Source of the DNA: an uncultured Actinomycetes bacterium
GTDB taxonomy: Bacteria > Actinomycetota > Thermoleophilia > Solirubrobacterales > 70-9
DNA: 64,000 nucleotides
Reading direction: 5' to 3'
Assembly (NCBI GenBank): GCA_963815645.1
Contig: CAWFHL010000004.1
Span: 141,416 to 205,415, forward strand
This document shows positions 10,147 through 20,999 of this stretch, piece by piece. The translations under genes were made by a program, and so were the position numbers. Numbering within the stretch: the first letter of the stretch is position 1; the number at the start of each line of letters is the position of its first letter. The notes under the pieces were generated by a model that saw only the letters and a program-made list of their open reading frames with translations, ran no database searches and was not told the origin of the DNA.

Positions 10147-10400
10147 ACCGGTCTCAGCTGCTAAAACTGGGCTGGATGAAGGGCGGAAGCATGACGACGA
10201 GGAGCTTCGGCGCGATCAGCGCCGCCGCTCCGCCCTGCCCGCTTCACCTATTGGCGATTTAGCTAGGCGTCCGGCCCCGCGGCGCAGTTGCCGCAGTCAG
10301 ACTCGACCGGACCGGGCGCCGATCTCCGTCTCGCGTGCAGCGCTGCGCGCCGGCGGGCAGAAAGTACGATCTTCCAACCTTGCAGAGAGGCAGCGACAAG

Positions 10401-11483
10401 ATGATGATCGGGGTGAAAGCGGAGGCCAAGGACAGGGTCCGCGACCTGCGCATCGAGCGGGTTGTCGAGCTGATCCCGCCGGTGACCTTGCTCGAGGAGC
10501 TGCCGCTGGGCGAACAGCGAGAGCAGGCGGTGGTCGAAGGCCGCTCGTCGGTCACCGAGGTGATCGGCGGCAGCGACGACAGGCTGCTGGTAGTGGTCGG
10601 GCCGTGCAGCGTCCACGACCCGGAGGCGGCCCTCGACTACGCCGGGCGGCTGAGCGCCGCCGCCGGAGATCTGGGCGAGGACCTGCTGGTGGCGATGCGG
10701 GTCTACTTCGAGAAGCCGCGGACCACTACGGGCTGGAAGGGGCTGATCAACGACCCCCACCTCGACGGCTCGGGGGACGTCAACGCCGGCCTGCGGGTGG
10801 CCCGGGAGCTGCTGCTCGAGGTGCTCGACCTCGGGCTGCGGATCGGCTGCGAGTTCCTCGACCCGATCACCCCCCAGTACATCTCCGACGCGGTCGCCTG
10901 GGGCGCGATCGGGGCCCGCACGACCGAGAGCCAGATCCACCGCCAGCTCGGGTCCGGCCTGTCGATGCCGGTCGGCTTCAAGAACCGCACCGACGGCGAC
11001 GTCCGGGTTGCGGTTGACGCCGTGCGGGCCGCCTCCGTGCCCCACGTCTTCGCCGGAATCGACGACGCCGGCGTCCCGGCGATCCTGCATACGACCGGGA
11101 ACCCGGATTGCCACATCATCCTGCGCGGCGGCGAGGCCGGCCCCAATTACGGGGAAGCGGAGATCGAGGGAGCGCTGCGACGTCTTGACACCGCCGGCCT
11201 GCCGCGGCGCGTCGTCGTCGACGCATCGCATGGGAACAGCAACAAGGACCCCGAGCTGCAGGCGAAGGTGGCTGGTGAGATCGGCGCCCAGGTGGCGGGC
11301 GGCAGCGACTCGATCGCCGGCGTCATGCTGGAGTCCTTCGTCGAGGCCGGCAGGCAGGACCTCTCCTCCGGCCTCCCGCTGACCTACGGGCAGTCGATTA
11401 CGGACGCGTGCATGGGCTGGGAGACGACGCTCGAGGTTCTCGACGGGCTCGCCGCAGCCGTCAGGGCACGCCGCTCTAGATGA
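10401..11483 (+). CDS. aroG: 3-deoxy-7-phosphoheptulonate (DAHP) synthase, class I
   Basis: LLVVVGPCSVHDPEAALDYA, RVYFEKPRTTTGWKGLINDPHLDGS, VDASHGNS. Start placed at ATG 10401 within ORF 10335..11483. Confidence 0.9.
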   Translation: MMIGVKAEAKDRVRDLRIERVVELIPPVTLLEELPLGEQREQAVVEGRSSVTEVIGGSDDRLLVVVGPCSVHDPEAALDYAGRLSAAAGDLGEDLLVAMRVYFEKPRTTTGWKGLINDPHLDGSGDVNAGLRVARELLLEVLDLGLRIGCEFLDPITPQYISDAVAWGAIGARTTESQIHRQLGSGLSMPVGFKNRTDGDVRVAVDAVRAASVPHVFAGIDDAGVPAILHTTGNPDCHIILRGGEAGPNYGEAEIEGALRRLDTAGLPRRVVVDASHGNSNKDPELQAKVAGEIGAQVAGGSDSIAGVMLESFVEAGRQDLSSGLPLTYGQSITDACMGWETTLEVLDGLAAAVRARRSR

Positions 11484-12565
11484 GGATCGCAGTGCTCGGG
11501 GTCGGGCTGATCGGCGGCTCGATCGGGCTGGCAGCGCGGCGGCGGCTGGGGGCGGAGGTGGTCGGCCACGATCCCGATCCGGCGACCGTCTCGGCGGCGC
11601 TCGAAGCGGGGGCGATCGATAGCGCCGCGAGCGGGCCGGGCGAGGCCTGCGAAGGAGCCGAGGTCGTCTTCTGCGCGGCGCCTGTTGGAGCCCTGGTGGA
11701 GGTCGCCGAGGCGGCTCTCGCCGCCTCGGGACCGGGGACCGTGGTCACCGACGCCGGCTCCACCAAGCGCGAGATCGTCGCGGAGCTCGGGGATGACGAG
11801 CGCTTCGTCGGGGGGCATCCGCTCGCCGGGGCGGAGACCGCCGGGGTCGAGAACGCGCGCGAGGAGCTGTTCGAGGGGGCGCGTTGGTACCTGGCGCCAT
11901 CGGCGATCTCGGCCGGGGTCCTCTACGACCGCCTGCAGCGTGCGATCGCGGGCCTCGGCGCCAGGCCGCAGGCGATCGATGCCGAGGTTCACGATCGCCT
12001 CATGGCGACGGCCAGCCACCTGCCCCATGTGGTCGCCAACGCCGTAGCCGATCAGGCGGCGGCCGAGCTGAGGCGGGACTCGGAGCGGCTCGGAGAGATG
12101 GGGCCGAGCCTGCGGGACGCGACCCGGGTCGCGGGAGCGAACCCGGAGGTCTGGGCAGACATCTTCGCCAGCAACCGCGAATCGGTCGCCGAGGCGGTGG
12201 ACTCGGTGATCGGCCGGCTGGAGCGGGCCTCGCGGTTGATCCGCGAAGGCGACGGTGCGGGGTTGGCCGCGTGGCAGCGAGAGGCGGGCCTCTCACGCCG
12301 TGCCCTGCTCGAGTCCGAGGGCGCCGCCGGCCCTGTCCAGGAGCTGCGGCTGGTGGTCCCGAACCGGCCGGGGATCGTCGCCGGCCTCGCCCTGGCCCTG
12401 GGGGATGCCGGAATCAATATCGAGGACATGGCGCTCTATCCGGCGCAGGACATGTCCACCGGCGCGATCGCCCTCTGGGTCGCCGGACAGGCCGAGGCCG
12501 GGCGCGCCGCGGCGCTGGTCCGGGGGATGGGCCACACGGTGTCCGTGCTCGGGGCCGGCGATTAG
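11480..12565 (+). CDS. tyrA: Prephenate dehydrogenase with C-terminal ACT-like domain
   Basis: MRIAVLGVGLIGGSIG Rossmann start, GGHPLAGAE, HDRLMATASHLPH. ATGA overlap with aroG. Confidence 0.85.
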   Translation: MRIAVLGVGLIGGSIGLAARRRLGAEVVGHDPDPATVSAALEAGAIDSAASGPGEACEGAEVVFCAAPVGALVEVAEAALAASGPGTVVTDAGSTKREIVAELGDDERFVGGHPLAGAETAGVENAREELFEGARWYLAPSAISAGVLYDRLQRAIAGLGARPQAIDAEVHDRLMATASHLPHVVANAVADQAAAELRRDSERLGEMGPSLRDATRVAGANPEVWADIFASNRESVAEAVDSVIGRLERASRLIREGDGAGLAAWQREAGLSRRALLESEGAAGPVQELRLVVPNRPGIVAGLALALGDAGINIEDMALYPAQDMSTGAIALWVAGQAEAGRAAALVRGMGHTVSVLGAGD

Positions 12566-13869
12566 CGGCGCCCGCTTCAGCCCCAGCGGTCCGCTCCTCG
12601 GCGCCCTGCGCCCGCCGCCCGACAAGTCGATCTCCCACCGGGCGGCACTGATCGCCGCGATCGGGGAGGGCCCGACAGCGATCGAGGGGTTCCTTGACTC
12701 GGCGGATACCCGCTCCACCCTGGCGGCGGTCGGCGCCCTCGGCGCCGGGGTGGGCGCGAGCAGCGGCAGCTCGGGCCCGCTCCCGGGACGGTTCACGATC
12801 GAGGGAATGGGGTTGCGGGGAGCCGTCCCGGGGCTGGATATCGACGTTGGCAACGCCGGCACCCTGCTGCGGCTGCTGCCGGGCTGGCTGGCGGGACAGG
12901 ACTCCGGGAGCTGGACGATCGACGGGGACGAGTCGATCAGGCGGCGGCCGGTGGACAGGATCACGGAGCCGCTGCGGCTGATGGGCTCCCGGATCGAGTC
13001 CGGCGACGGGGGGCTGGCGCCGATCCGGATCGAGGGATCGCCGCTCAGCGGTATCTCCTACCGGCTGCCCGTGGCAAGCGCCCAGGTCAAGTCCTGCCTG
13101 CTACTCGCCGGGCTGCTGGCCGAGGGGGAGACTCGGGTGATCGAGTCCTCGCCGACGCGGGACCACTCCGAGCGCATGCTCGCCGCCGCCGGGGCCGAGG
13201 TCGGTCGCGACGGCGAGACGGTGACGATCCGTCCCGCGGATCGGCTCGAGCCCGGCGAGATCGTCATCCCCGGCGACCTCTCCTCCGCCGCCTTCTTCAT
13301 CGTCGCCGCGACGATCGTGCCCGGCAGCCGGGTGCGCCTCGACGGGGTCGGGCTCAACCCGACGCGCTGCGGCGTGATCGAGATCCTGGGGCGGATGGGC
13401 GCGGCGATCGAGGTCAGCGAGGAGCGGGGACGCGGGGGCGAGCCGGTCGGAGCGATCGAGGTCTCGGCGGCCGAGCTGGGCGGCACCACGGTCGGAGGGA
13501 GACGAGATCCCCCTGGCGATCGACGAGCTGCCGCTGATCGCCCTGGCGGCGTGCTTCGCGGAGGGGGAGACGGTGATCGCCGGCGCGTCCGAGCTGCGGC
13601 GCAAGGAGTCGGACCGGATCGAGACCGTGACCGGGGCCTTGGCGGGGCTCGGCGCCGCGATCGAGCCTACCCCGGACGGCATGGTGATCCCGGGTGGGGG
13701 AGGGATCGACGGAGGCAGGGTCGACTCGCACGGCGATCACCGGATCGCGATGCTCGGCGCGATCGCGGGGCTCGCCTCGCGCCGGGGGGTCGAGGTCGAC
13801 GGGATCAATGCGGCTGCGATCAGCTACCCGGGCTTTGCCGCGGACCTGGAGTCGCTTCGCGTCAACTAG
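12561..13869 (+). CDS. aroA: 3-phosphoshikimate 1-carboxyvinyltransferase (EPSP synthase); one frame break as sequenced
   Basis: PPPDKSISHRAALIAA, VGNAGTLLRLL, ELRRKESDRI, HGDHRIAM. The break at ~13500 (apparent extra base in GGAGGG-A-GACGAG) joins ORF 12255..13946 to ORF 13573..13869. There is no ATG/GTG/TTG at the expected N-terminus; ATT 12561 overlaps the tyrA stop. Confidence 0.85.
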
Positions 13870-14230
13870 CGCTGGGATGCCCGACCCCGGGCCAGGGGGA
13901 GAGCAGCAGCAGAAGCCTGGAGTCCGCCCGCGCCCGCACCTCGTGACGCTCGTTGGGCTCGAACGCGGCCAACAGGCCAGCCTCCCCCGAGACGCTCTCC
14001 CCGCCGGGGCGGGAAAGCTCGATCTCCCCGGAGACGACGAGCATCCAGGCACGCTCATGAACCTGGTGCTCGCCCATCTCTTCGCCGGCCGGCAATTCGA
14101 TCACGATCGCCCTGCCCTCGTCGTCGGAGGTGATCACCTCCGGCTGGTGCGCCTTGACGTCGAGGGCGCCGAGGTCCCAGGTCTGCATCTCCACCCCTTC
14201 ACGGTCGCTGTGAGGGTCAAACATATCCAT
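13862..14230 (-). CDS. Cupin domain protein
   Basis: ORF of 122 aa. G.H.H....E...V.SGE...... pattern (EEMGEHQVHERAWMLVVSGEIEL). Confidence 0.65.
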   Translation of the reverse strand: MDMFDPHSDREGVEMQTWDLGALDVKAHQPEVITSDDEGRAIVIELPAGEEMGEHQVHERAWMLVVSGEIELSRPGGESVSGEAGLLAAFEPNERHEVRARADSRLLLLLSPWPGVGHPSAS

Positions 14231-14252
14231 GCCGGAGCACGATTAGGCTTTT

Positions 14253-14370
14253 GGCCGGCGCGGTGTAGTGCCGGCACAGGCATGTCGGGCGGCGAAGCCA
14301 CCGCAGGTGGTTGCGATGGCCGGCGCGGTGTTAGCGCCGACACAGGCATGTGAGGCGGCGCAGCCGCCGC
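14253..14370. repeat. Two tandem, diverged copies of a ~55-60 nt double-hairpin intergenic repeat (same family as 49811..49995 and 60057..60116)
   Basis: GGCCGGCGCGGTGT-AGTGCCGGCACAGGCATGTCGGGCGGCGAAGCCACCGC (14253..14304) and GGCCGGCGCGGTGTTAGCGCCGACACAGGCATGTGAGGCGGCGCAGCCGCCGC (14318..14370), period 65 nt. Located in the divergent gap between the cupin gene and cmk. Confidence 0.85.
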
Positions 14371-14386
14371 CGGTAGTTTCTTAGCC

Positions 14387-14993
14387 ATGGTGATCGCGAT
14401 CGACGGCCCCGCCGGCGCCGGTAAGTCGTCGGTTGCGAGGGGGGTCGCGGCAGCCCTCGGCTTCACCTATCTCGACTCGGGGGCGATGTACCGCTGCGTG
14501 GCGCTCGAGGCGCTGCGAGCAGAGGCCGACCTGGACGACGCCGAGGCGGTCGGGAGGATCGCCGCGGGGTGTGAGATCGATCTGGCGAGCGGGGAGCTTC
14601 GGGAGCCCTCCGGTCTCGGAGGCAGCTTCCCGCGTCTCCGTTCACCCGCAGGTCCGCGAGGCGATGGTCGCCCGCCAAAGGGAGCTGATCGCGAGCGGCG
14701 ATTTCGTCGCCGAGGGTCGCGACATCGGCACGGTCGTCTGCCCGGATGCCCCGTTGAAGCTGTACCTAACCGCGTCGGAGCGGGAGCGGGCCCGCCGCCG
14801 GGCCGCCGAGAGCGGCGAGGACCCCGAGCGGGTGCTCGCCTCCCAGCGGAACCGGGACCGTCGCGACCGTGAGCGCGAGCACGGGAGGCTGAGGCCGGCT
14901 GAGGACGCAATCGAGCTCGACACCTCCGGCCTCCCTCTGGACGAAGTGATTGAGCGGGTCGTAGGCCTGGCGCGCGAGAGGGGCCTGGCTTGA
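14387..14993 (+). CDS. cmk: Cytidylate kinase; one frame break as sequenced
   Basis: [31 protein letters not shown] in ORF 14387..14872. It continues as ..[37 protein letters not shown].. in ORF 14433..14993, with the break near 14603. Confidence 0.85.
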
Positions 14994-16330
14994 CGGCGGC
15001 GGCCGCGCGCCCCGCGGTCGCGGTCGTCGGCTTCCCGAATGTCGGCAAGAGCGCCCTGGTCAACCGCCTCGCCGGCGGGCGGGAGGCCGTCACCCACTCC
15101 GAGCCCGGCGTGACCCGGGACCGCAAGCGGATGGGCTGCGATTGGAACGGCGTCTACTTCGACTTGATCGACACCGGCGGCATCGACCTGGCCGACGAGG
15201 CCGAGCTCGCCCGAGATGTCCAGCGCCAGGCGAGCGAGGCGATGAGCGAGGCCGAGCTGGTGCTGATGGTGGTCGACGCGAGGGCGGGCCTTCGTGGAGG
15301 CGACGCCGACCTGGCCGCCTCGCTGCGCGGCTCGGCGACCCCGGTGCTGGTCGCGGCGAACAAGGTCGACCGCCCGGAGGACTCGCACCTCGCCGCGGAG
15401 TTCCACGGACTGGGTCTCGGTGAGCCTTCTCCGGTTTCGGCCACCCACGGTCTGGGCACAGGGGACCTGCTCGACCGAATCGTCTCCGGGCTCGGAGCCG
15501 CCCCTGTCCACGCCGATGACGAGGCGCCCCCGCGGCTGGCGATCATCGGGCGGCCCAACGTCGGCAAGTCCTCGCTGCTCAACGCCCTGCTCGGCGTCGA
15601 GCGGGTGATCGTCTCCGAAACCGCCGGCACGACCAGGGACGCGATCGACACCGAGGTCGAATATGAGGGCCGGCCGGTGGTGCTGGTAGACACCGCCGGC
15701 CTCCGGCGCCGCTCGAAGGTGGCCGGTACGGTCGACTACTACGCCCAGCTGCGCTCCCAGCGGGCCGTGGAGAGCGCCGACGTCGCGATCGTGGTCTGCG
15801 ACGCGTCCGAGGGGGTCACCGCCGAGGACTTGAGGATCGCCGAGATGGCGATGCGCTCCGGATGCGCGACCCTGGTCGTGCTCAACAAGTGGGACATCAC
15901 CCGCACTGACATCGACGACGCCAGGGCACGGGTCCGCCGCAAGCTGCGGCTGCGCCCGGAGGTCGTCACCTGCTCCGCCCTAGGCGGGCGCGGGGTCGGT
16001 GGGCTGCTCGGCCGGGCCCTCGGTCTCGCGGGCCGCGCCGCCGCCCGCTTCCCAACCCCGGAGCTGAACCGCCTGGTCTCCGAGATCGTCGCCAAGACGC
16101 CCCCTCCCTCGAAGCGGGGGCGGCGGCTGCGGCTCTACTACGCGGCACAGGTCGGCGATCGCCCGCCGCGGATCGCGATCCAGGTCAACGACCGCCGCCT
16201 GATCTCGCGCGAGTGGGCCTACCACCTGGAGAACCGGCTGCGGGAAGCCGGCTCGCTGCAGGGTGTTCCGCTGGTGATCGACTTCGTCCCGCACAGCGGC
16301 CGCGACCGGCGTGGGCAACGCTCCCGCTAG
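14990..16330 (+). CDS. der: Ribosome-associated GTPase Der (EngA), two GTPase domains
   Basis: Intact, 446 aa. Two G1 motifs, [10 protein letters not shown] and [10 protein letters not shown], plus a KH-like C-terminus. TTGA overlap with cmk. Confidence 0.9.
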   Translation: MTAAAARPAVAVVGFPNVGKSALVNRLAGGREAVTHSEPGVTRDRKRMGCDWNGVYFDLIDTGGIDLADEAELARDVQRQASEAMSEAELVLMVVDARAGLRGGDADLAASLRGSATPVLVAANKVDRPEDSHLAAEFHGLGLGEPSPVSATHGLGTGDLLDRIVSGLGAAPVHADDEAPPRLAIIGRPNVGKSSLLNALLGVERVIVSETAGTTRDAIDTEVEYEGRPVVLVDTAGLRRRSKVAGTVDYYAQLRSQRAVESADVAIVVCDASEGVTAEDLRIAEMAMRSGCATLVVLNKWDITRTDIDDARARVRRKLRLRPEVVTCSALGGRGVGGLLGRALGLAGRAAARFPTPELNRLVSEIVAKTPPPSKRGRRLRLYYAAQVGDRPPRIAIQVNDRRLISREWAYHLENRLREAGSLQGVPLVIDFVPHSGRDRRGQRSR

Positions 16331-16367
16331 TCTCTGGTGCCTCAAACCGCAAGGAGAAGACCTTCAG

Positions 16368-17615
16368 ATGTCCGATACCCGACCGCTGGCAGACGGCGAG
16401 TACCTGTTCACCTCGGAGTCGGTGACCGAGGGGCACCCCGACAAGATCTGCGACCAGATCTCCGATGGCGTCCTCGACGCCGTGATGAAGGAGGATCCGG
16501 AGGGCCGCGTTGCCTGCGAGACGCTGGTCAACACGGGCATGGCCGTGGTCTGCGGGGAGATCTCCACCACGGCCCACCTCAACGTCCCGGAGATCGTCCG
16601 CGAGACGATCCGTGGGATCGGCTACGACCGCGGCGCGCTCGGCTACGACTGCGACCACATCTCGGTGCTGGTCTCGCTCGACGAGCAGTCGCCGGACATC
16701 GCCCAGGGCGTCGACCATGCGCTCGAGACGCGTCAGGACCCCTCCGACGAGGACGAGCTCGATGTCGCAGGGGCCGGTGACCAGGGGATGATGTTCGGCT
16801 ACGCGACGAACGAGACCGATGCGCTGATGCCGATGCCGATCCAGATCGCCCACCGGCTCGCCGAGCGCCTCTCGGAGGTGCGCAAGGACGGCACCCTTCC
16901 CCATCTGCGTCCCGACGGCAAGACTCAGGTCACGGTGCGCTACGCCGACGGTCGCCCCGTCGGGGTCGAGAAGCTGCTGATCTCCACCCAGCACGACCCC
17001 GGCTTCGAGGTGGGCGAGCAGATCCGGGAGCAGCTCTGGGATCACGTCGTCACGCCGGTGCTCGCCGAGGGCTACCCCGATGTCTTCGACGAGGACCGTC
17101 TGCGCGGCGAGTTCCTGGTCAACCCGACCGGAAAATTCGTGATCGGGGGGCCGGTGGGGGATGCCGGGCTGACCGGCCGCAAGATCATCGTCGACACCTA
17201 CGGCGGCGCGGCGCGCCACGGCGGTGGTGCCTTCTCGGGCAAGGACCCCTCGAAGGTCGACCGCTCGGCCGCCTACGCGACGCGCCACGTCGCCAAGAAC
17301 ATCGTCGCCGCCGGGCTCGCCGAGCGCTGTGAGGTCCAGGTCGCCTATGCGATCGGCGTCGCGCACCCGGTCTCGGTGATGGTCGAGACCTTCGGCACCG
17401 GGCGCCTCCACGACTCCGAGATCTCGAGGATCGTCAACAAGGAGTTCGACCTCCGCCCAGGCGCATTCCGCAGCTACCTGGACCTCCACAGGCCGATCTT
17501 CCAGAAGACCGCCGCCTACGGCCACTTCGGCCGCGAGGACCCGGACTTCACCTGGGAGCGGATCGACCGGGTCGACGCCCTCCGCAAGGCCTCGAAGGCG
17601 GGCGCCGCAGCCTGA
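16368..17615 (+). CDS. metK: S-adenosylmethionine synthase
   Basis: [61 protein letters not shown] 16368 is preceded by AAGGAGAAG. Confidence 0.95.
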   Translation: MSDTRPLADGEYLFTSESVTEGHPDKICDQISDGVLDAVMKEDPEGRVACETLVNTGMAVVCGEISTTAHLNVPEIVRETIRGIGYDRGALGYDCDHISVLVSLDEQSPDIAQGVDHALETRQDPSDEDELDVAGAGDQGMMFGYATNETDALMPMPIQIAHRLAERLSEVRKDGTLPHLRPDGKTQVTVRYADGRPVGVEKLLISTQHDPGFEVGEQIREQLWDHVVTPVLAEGYPDVFDEDRLRGEFLVNPTGKFVIGGPVGDAGLTGRKIIVDTYGGAARHGGGAFSGKDPSKVDRSAAYATRHVAKNIVAAGLAERCEVQVAYAIGVAHPVSVMVETFGTGRLHDSEISRIVNKEFDLRPGAFRSYLDLHRPIFQKTAAYGHFGREDPDFTWERIDRVDALRKASKAGAAA

Positions 17616-17618
17616 GCC

Positions 17619-18125
17619 CTACTGGGCCTCGCCGAGACCGTGGGAGCCGGCGGCGCCGGCTCCGGTCGCTTTGTCGACACGGTGCACGACCTGCGCCGGG
17701 TCGGCCACCCCGGCGAAGATGAAGTTGTAATCGTCGCTGCCGGCAGTGTCGAAGTCGACGTCGCCGATCTGCATCAGCCGCTGGTAGACCGACTGCTCGT
17801 AGTTGACGTTCTGGACGCGCTCCAGCCGGGTTTCCTGGATCTCGCGCGAGACGATCCCCCGCTTGATGTTCAGCCGGCGGTCGGTGATCGTGTAGGTGGT
17901 CGCGACCCGCTTGATGAAGCCGACCAGGACGGTGATCGCCAGGATCGCCAGGACGACGGCGAAGACCGTGGCACTGCTGTCGCTGATCAGCTTCGTGATC
18001 ACCCCGGCGACCACTGCGATCAGCGCCCCCTTCAGGTAGAAACCGAGGATCGCCCGCCAGGAAGGGTGGCCCTCGAAGATCACCTTCTCGCCCGGATGAA
18101 GGGTGAGCGACATCGCGGGCAGCAT
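17619..18125 (-). CDS. Membrane protein with bacterial PH (bPH_2/YdbS-like) domain
   Basis: Minus-strand ATG at 18125 (MLPAMSLTLHPGEKVIFEGHPSW). Two TM helices followed by YTITDRRLNIKRGI..... The upstream part of ORF 17619..18461 is low complexity. Confidence 0.65.
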   Translation of the reverse strand: MLPAMSLTLHPGEKVIFEGHPSWRAILGFYLKGALIAVVAGVITKLISDSSATVFAVVLAILAITVLVGFIKRVATTYTITDRRLNIKRGIVSREIQETRLERVQNVNYEQSVYQRLMQIGDVDFDTAGSDDYNFIFAGVADPAQVVHRVDKATGAGAAGSHGLGEAQ

Positions 18126-18154
18126 ATGTCCTCGCTGGACCCTAGGTTGGGTGC

Positions 18155-20345
18155 ATGACGATCGCCCGGGTCGAGCCACTGACCACCGCGCGGGCTCTGC
18201 GCGGCCCCTTCGACTATCGCCTGCCGGCGGCGATGGCGGGGGTCGGTGTCGGCAGCGTGCTGAGGATTCCGTTCGGGCCGCGCCGCATCCTCGGGGTCGT
18301 GGTCGAGGTCGCCGAGCACACCGAGATCGAGCCCGGCCGGCTCGCCGAGCCGCTGGAGGCGCTGGAGGCGGGCGCCCCCGCAGAGCTGGTCGGGCTCGGC
18401 CTCTGGGTCGCCGAGGAGTACTGCTCGACCCCCGCTCGCGGTCTCGGGCTGGTGCTCCCACCCGGAACCGGGACCGGGGGCCGGGCGATGAAGGCTAGAA
18501 CCGAGCTGCGTGCCCGGATCACCGATGCGGGGCGCTTGGCGCTGGCCGGTGAGGAGCGGCTCGGCCCGCTCCAGGCGGCGGTGCTCGGCGCGCTGCTGGA
18601 GGGGGAGCGCAGCGGCCCCGAGCTGAGCGCCGCCGCGGGCGCCGATCGCGCCGCCCTGCGCCGCCTCGAGGGCAGGGGGCTGATCGAGACCTCGAGGGTC
18701 GCACTGCGCCGTCGGCCGCCGGGGCCGGGGTTGGGGCACCCGGGCCGCCCGCCGGTGCTGAGCGCCGATCAGCGCCGCGCCGTGGCGGACGATCACGGCG
18801 GCCCTCGACGGGACGGCGGAGGCGCCGCGGGAGCAGCTGCTTTACGGGGTCACCGGCTCGGGCAAGACCGAGGTCTACCTTGCCGCGGTCGAGGCGGCGC
18901 TCGCCCGTCGCCGCGGGGCGATCGTGCTGGTCCCCGAGATCGGGCTCACGCCGCAGGCGGTAGCCCGCTTCGGCGCTCGGCTCGGCGAGCGGGTCGCGGT
19001 GCTCCACTCTGCGATGTCGCCGGGTGAGCGCTACGACGAGTGGCGGCGGTTGCGCAGCGGCGAGGCGGCCGTCTGCGTCGGGCCGCGCTCCGCCGTCTTC
19101 GCCCCGGTCCGCGACCTCGGCCTGATCGTCATCGACGAGGAGCACGACCCCTCCTACAAGCAGGAGAGCGACCCCCGCTACGACGCCAGGAACGTCGCCA
19201 AGAAGAGGGCCGCGGAGCGCGGCGCGGTGCTGCTCTCCGGCAGCGCCACCCCGCGGCCGGAAAGCTGGGATTCCCTGCCCCGGCTGGAGCTGCCGCAGCG
19301 GGTCGACGGCAGGCCGCTCCCAGAGGTCGAGGTGGTCGACATGCGCGCCGCCAACCCGCGGGCCGGCCCGCTGCACGCCACGACGCTGGAAGCGCTCGAC
19401 TGTGTCCGCCGGCAGGGCGGGAAGGCAATCGTCATGATCAACCGCCGCGGCTTCGCTCCATGGCTCACCTGCCGCTCCTGCGGGCGTCACTGGGACTGCC
19501 CCAACTGCGACGTTTCGCTGATCACGCATCGGCGCAGCGGGCGGCTGGTCTGCCATCACTGCGCGCATGCCGAGCCCCTGCCGAGCGCCTGCCCGGACTG
19601 CGGCTCGGTCAGCCTCGCCCGGGCCGGCGCCGGAACCGAGCGGATAGAGGAGCTTCTCGCCCACCGGCTGGCGCCGATGCGCGTGCTGAGGCTCGATTCC
19701 GACAGCGCCGCCGGGCGCGGTTCGCACGCCCGCATCCTCGGCGCCTTCGAGCGGCCCGGCCCAGCGGTGCTGGTCGGCACGCAGATGGTCGCCAAGGGCC
19801 ACGACTTTCCCGACGTCATCCTCAGCGTCATTCTCGACGCCGACGCGACCCTGCGCTTCCCCGACTTCCGCGCCGAGGAGCGGACCTTCGCGATGGTCGC
19901 GCAGCTCGCCGGGCGCAGCGGGCGCGGCGAGGCGGGCGGCGAGGTGATCGTGCAGACGCTTGCTCCGGAGGCGCCGAGCATCGTCCACGCCAGCGATCAC
20001 GACACCGCCGGCTTTCTCGCCGGCGAGCTCTGTCGCCGGCGGGCGCTCGCCTACCCGCCCTACTCGCACCTGATCCGCATCGGCCTGGCCAGCGAGGCGA
20101 CCGAGCCGCTGGAGACGGCATCGAAGCGCCTCCGCGAGGCGCTCGCCCCGACGCTCCCGGCGACGACCGAGATCCTCGGCCCGGCGCCGATGTTCCGGGT
20201 ACGCGGCCGCCACCGCCGCCGCCTGCTCCTCAAAGCCGCGGAGCGAGTCGCGACGATCGAGGCCGTGCGGGGGGTCGTCGAGGGCATGGCGGGCGAGCGG
20301 GTGCTACGCGAAGTCGCGGTCGGCGTCGACGTAGATCCGCAGTGA
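18155..20345 (+). CDS. priA: Primosomal replication-restart helicase PriA; one frame break as sequenced
   Basis: N-terminal ORF 18155..19027 up to ..LSADQRRAVA. It then continues in ORF 18924..20345 frame (ITAALDG...LLYGVTGSGKTEVY, DEEHD, CxxC zinc-binding CRSCGRHWDCPNCD...CHHCAH...CPDCGS). Break near 18789. Confidence 0.85.
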
Positions 20346-20369
20346 GGGCCATCTAATCTTCGAGGCGAG

Positions 20370-20999
20370 ATGAGCGACGAGCCGGAGAAGGAAGCGGGGA
20401 CGCCGGAACCCGACCAGGAGATCCTCGCCAGGCGGAACGCCGCGCTGGCGCAGGTGCTCCAGTTCGGAGATCCGGTCCTGAAGAGTCGAGCCTCGGAAGT
20501 CTCTGAGTTCGGCGAGGTCCTGCGCGAAGACGTCGAGCGGATGGTGGCGATCATGCGGGATGGTCTCGGGGTCGGGCTTGCGGCGACCCAGATCGGCATC
20601 CTGCGCCGGCTGCTCGTCTTCCAGGCCGGCCCCGACTCGGAGCCGAGCGCGATCGTCAACCCCGAGATCGAGTGGCTCTCCGAGGACGCGGTGATCGCGG
20701 AGGAGGGCTGTCTCAGCATCCCGCGGGTCTCGGTCGACGTCGAGCGCCCGCTCTTCGCGCGGGTCATCGGCGCCGACGCTGATGGCGAGCGGATCAGCAT
20801 CGAGGCATCGGGGCTCGAGGCGAGGGTGCTGCAGCATGAGATCGACCACCTCGACGGAGTCCTGATACTCGACCGGACGACCCGCGAGCAGCGCAAGGCC
20901 GCCCTGCGGGCCCTGCGCGAGGGCGGGTCCTACGGCCCGGCGGACGGGGAGGACCCCGAGGCGGGTGAGGCCGCGAGGCCGGCGGCCACCGAGGCGTGA
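20370..20999 (+). CDS. def: Peptide deformylase
   Basis: GVGLAATQIG, EGCLSIP, QHEIDHLDG motifs. Acidic or Pro-rich C-terminal tail. Confidence 0.9.
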   Translation: MSDEPEKEAGTPEPDQEILARRNAALAQVLQFGDPVLKSRASEVSEFGEVLREDVERMVAIMRDGLGVGLAATQIGILRRLLVFQAGPDSEPSAIVNPEIEWLSEDAVIAEEGCLSIPRVSVDVERPLFARVIGADADGERISIEASGLEARVLQHEIDHLDGVLILDRTTREQRKAALRALREGGSYGPADGEDPEAGEAARPAATEA

